The notes beneath the pieces were generated by a model, which did not search any database, was not told the DNA's origin, and worked only from the letters and a program-made list of their open reading frames with translations. A program made the position numbers and the translations under genes. DNA of 63,824 bases, the filler included, from Octopus bimaculoides (taxonomy: Eukaryota): the NCBI RefSeq assembly GCF_001194135.2. It is 7 parts of 7 records of this genome, joined end to end, with 100 filler letters (N's around TTAATTAATTAA, not from the genome) between each part and the next. Parts side by side here need not be neighbours in the genome. Positions count along the whole stretch, not along the records: positions 61,499 to 62,582 come from NW_026376688.1; positions 62,683 to 63,824 come from NC_068992.1; 5 more parts are not named here. One strand, 5' to 3'. Below, piece after piece: positions 61,548-63,824 of the stretch (positions are counted from its first letter, which is position 1; each line of letters begins with the position of its first letter).

Positions 61548-62536
61548 TGTTTATGGATGATATCATTCTATATGTTTTTTTGTTTTTCTTTAGCCATTTA
61601 CTATCTACAGCATCTATCTTTTGCTGTTTCTTCTTTTGTTTAGAACTTTTACGTCAGTCTCTTCCCATCAGCTCAGCCATCTTTACATCCAGGAATGTTT
61701 TTAGTGTCGTCTTTTTTTCTGACCCTTTTTTTTTTGAAATACTTTAGTTTTATGTCAAGCCTTTCTTTCATTCGAAAATCATCCAAATAAACAGTCTATT
61801 TATGCACATTACTTCCTTTTTCCTGTACACTGCTTTCCTCAAAACAGCTAAGCCATAATTATTTACCACCTCAATCAGGAAATTGTATCTTTCTTCTACT
61901 CTCTATCGCTTCCATTTAATACATCAGTTTGTATACATTTATAGTTTTCTTCCATACATCCTAACTTAGTCTGGACTGCTTTCTTCTGAACAGCTCGAGC
62001 AATAATCATGTTTATTACCTCAGTCAAGAACTTGTAGCTTTTCTCTCTCTCTCTCTCTCNNNNNNNNNNNNNNTTCTTGTACATCTATAGTTTCCTTTCA
62101 GATGTATTTGGAAATCAAGCCATCACATGGCTACAGCCCCTCTTCAGATCTTATATTTTAACTGTTGATTCTACAAGATTGTATAAACAATCTGTACTGC
62201 TGGGATAAACATTGATATTAGATGAAAAAGGAAAATATCTTTAAACAGCAATAATTATATTTATCACTCCAATCAAAAACCTGTATTTTCTTCTACACTC
62301 TTTGCTCTTTTTGTATTTTATATACCATTTTGTATATACATCTTCAGTTTTCTTGTTCAGGAATTTGGAAATCAAACTATCATAGACTATAACCTTATGA
62401 AATGTAAGACCTACAGAGGTCCCACATGTTAACTGTTGACCCTACAGAACTACATGTATGGTGTTGTCAAGGCAACTGATTATGACTTGTTATAGCTAAG
62501 TTATCAAAGACTTTCATATTCTTTTTACTTTGTGTA

Positions 62537-62582
62537 TTGCCAGTACCGCCTGACTGGCTCCTGTAGGATTTTCGAGCGAGAT
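62537..62582 (+). mobile_element. RTE 3' UTR fragment
   Basis: ttgccagtaccgcctgactggc and aggattttcgagcgagat match 2249-2270 and 2162-2180. Confidence 0.8.
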
Positions 62583-62740
62583 NNNNNNNNNNNNNNNNNN
62601 NNNNNNNNNNNNNNNNNNNNNNNNNNTTAATTAATTAANNNNNNNNNNNNNNNNNNNNNNNNNNNNNNNNNNNNNNNNNNNNGGAAATGGAAAAATCTTC
62701 ACTGACCGGGTGGCGAAACAATACAGATGCGACTGACCTC

Positions 62741-62787
<47 letters not shown>

Positions 62788-62794
62788 TACACTT

Positions 62795-63010
62795 GATTTC
62801 TAATATTGGTTTCAAATTTTGGCACACGGCCAGCAATTTTGGAGGCGGGGGTAAGTCGATTACATCGACTCCAGTGTTCAACTGGTATTTATTTTATCAA
62901 CCACGAAAGGATAAAAGGTAAAGTCGACCTAGGCGGATTTTAAACATAGAACGTGAAGATGGACGAAATGCTGCTGAGCATATTGCCCGGCGTGCTAACG
63001 ATTCTTTTCA
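62795..63010 (-). mobile_element. tRNA-derived SINE (further copies at 63385-63520 and 63765-63824)
   Basis: Shared blocks tttcaaatttt..ggccagcaattt..taagtcgattac at 62815-62862 and 63771-63824; aaagg..aaagt.ga.ct..gcgga and ttgcc.gg..tg.taa.gattct at 62915-63006 and 63418-63505. Confidence 0.75.
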
Positions 63011-63529
63011 CAGACTTATATTTGATTTCTAATATAAAATGCAAACGTTTAAACTTCATTGGATAAATAAGGACGACAACTCTTTGCTACTTATTCTTCT
63101 AGTGACTTCCCTTGCTTGTCTGTGTTAAAATTAAACTCCAGATCAGCTCGGATCAAGCAGACCTTATGACGAAAAAGTATTCTAGCTGTGATTAACTCGC
63201 ATGTTAATCACGATCATATTATATAATGTGTCGTTTCTTTTAAGACTGTAGGTGGGATCTGAGGGAGATTTGATTGAAAACTACGAAACATATCAATTCG
63301 ACATTTGATCTCCTTCAAAATGATCCCATTCTGAAGCCACACACTTTATCCAGTGTCGTTTCCAGTGATGGAAGCATTCCTGGAACTCCTTTTTCCGTAT
63401 TTATTTTATTGACCCCGAAAGGAGGAAAGGCAAAGTTGATCTCAGCGGAATTTTGTCCCAGAACATAAAGCTAAGCGTTTTGCCTGGTATGTTAATGATT
63501 CTGCCGGATCACCGCTTCAAGAACCACAT

Positions 63530-63752
63530 AGGGCCGGTTTACCGGTTTCCGTGGTGCATATATTTCCCCCCCACCCCTGGACAGGACGCTGATCCGTCGC
63601 ATAATTACTCATTTTGTCAGCTTAGTAGACTGGAGTAGCGTGAAATGGAGTGTTTTGCTCCAGAATGCAACATGTCGCTCGGTTCAGAAATCGAAACCGC
63701 ATTCTTACGATCATGAGTCCAATGTCCGAACCAATAATCCACGGGCCTCCAC
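63530..63752 (-). mobile_element. tRNA-derived CORE-type SINE
   Basis: Minus strand gtggaggcccgtgg..ggtttcgatttc (Box B)..tctggagcaaaacac..gcgacggatcagcgtcctgtccagggg. Confidence 0.65.
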
Positions 63753-63824
63753 AATCATTGCTAATATTGATTTCAAATTTCAGCATAAGGCCAGCAATTT
63801 CAGTGGAAGGGCTAAGTCGATTAC

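Overview
AT-rich, microsatellite-dense animal genomic DNA with many N gaps. The SINE and RTE families, the microsatellite load and the TTAATTAATTAA gap spacers suggest an octopus (coleoid cephalopod) draft assembly; this is inference from recall, not a search. No host gene could be identified; only a few weak splice-site-bounded exon candidates exist. The recognisable content is decayed transposons: four large and several short RTE-clade LINE copies (APE + RT with a PHD-like finger inside RT), a Mag-type Ty3/Gypsy LTR element, Penelope-like (PLE) RT and GIY-YIG fragments, mariner, Tc1 and hAT remnants, a non-autonomous Helitron with both ends intact, Tx1/L1 and Dong/R4 fragments, and several tRNA-derived SINEs. 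The most unusual unexplained structures are foldbacks: a tail-to-tail RTE pair (83-5730), a nested hairpin directly upstream of a PLE endonuclease ATG (13643-13926), a perfect 38-bp inverted repeat (14820-15052), a 156-bp loopless palindrome (46959-47114), a three-unit inverted/tandem repeat next to a PLE endonuclease remnant (51934-52739) and a three-module MITE-like element (55298-55626). Most ORFs in the supplied track are artefacts of N runs or microsatellites.
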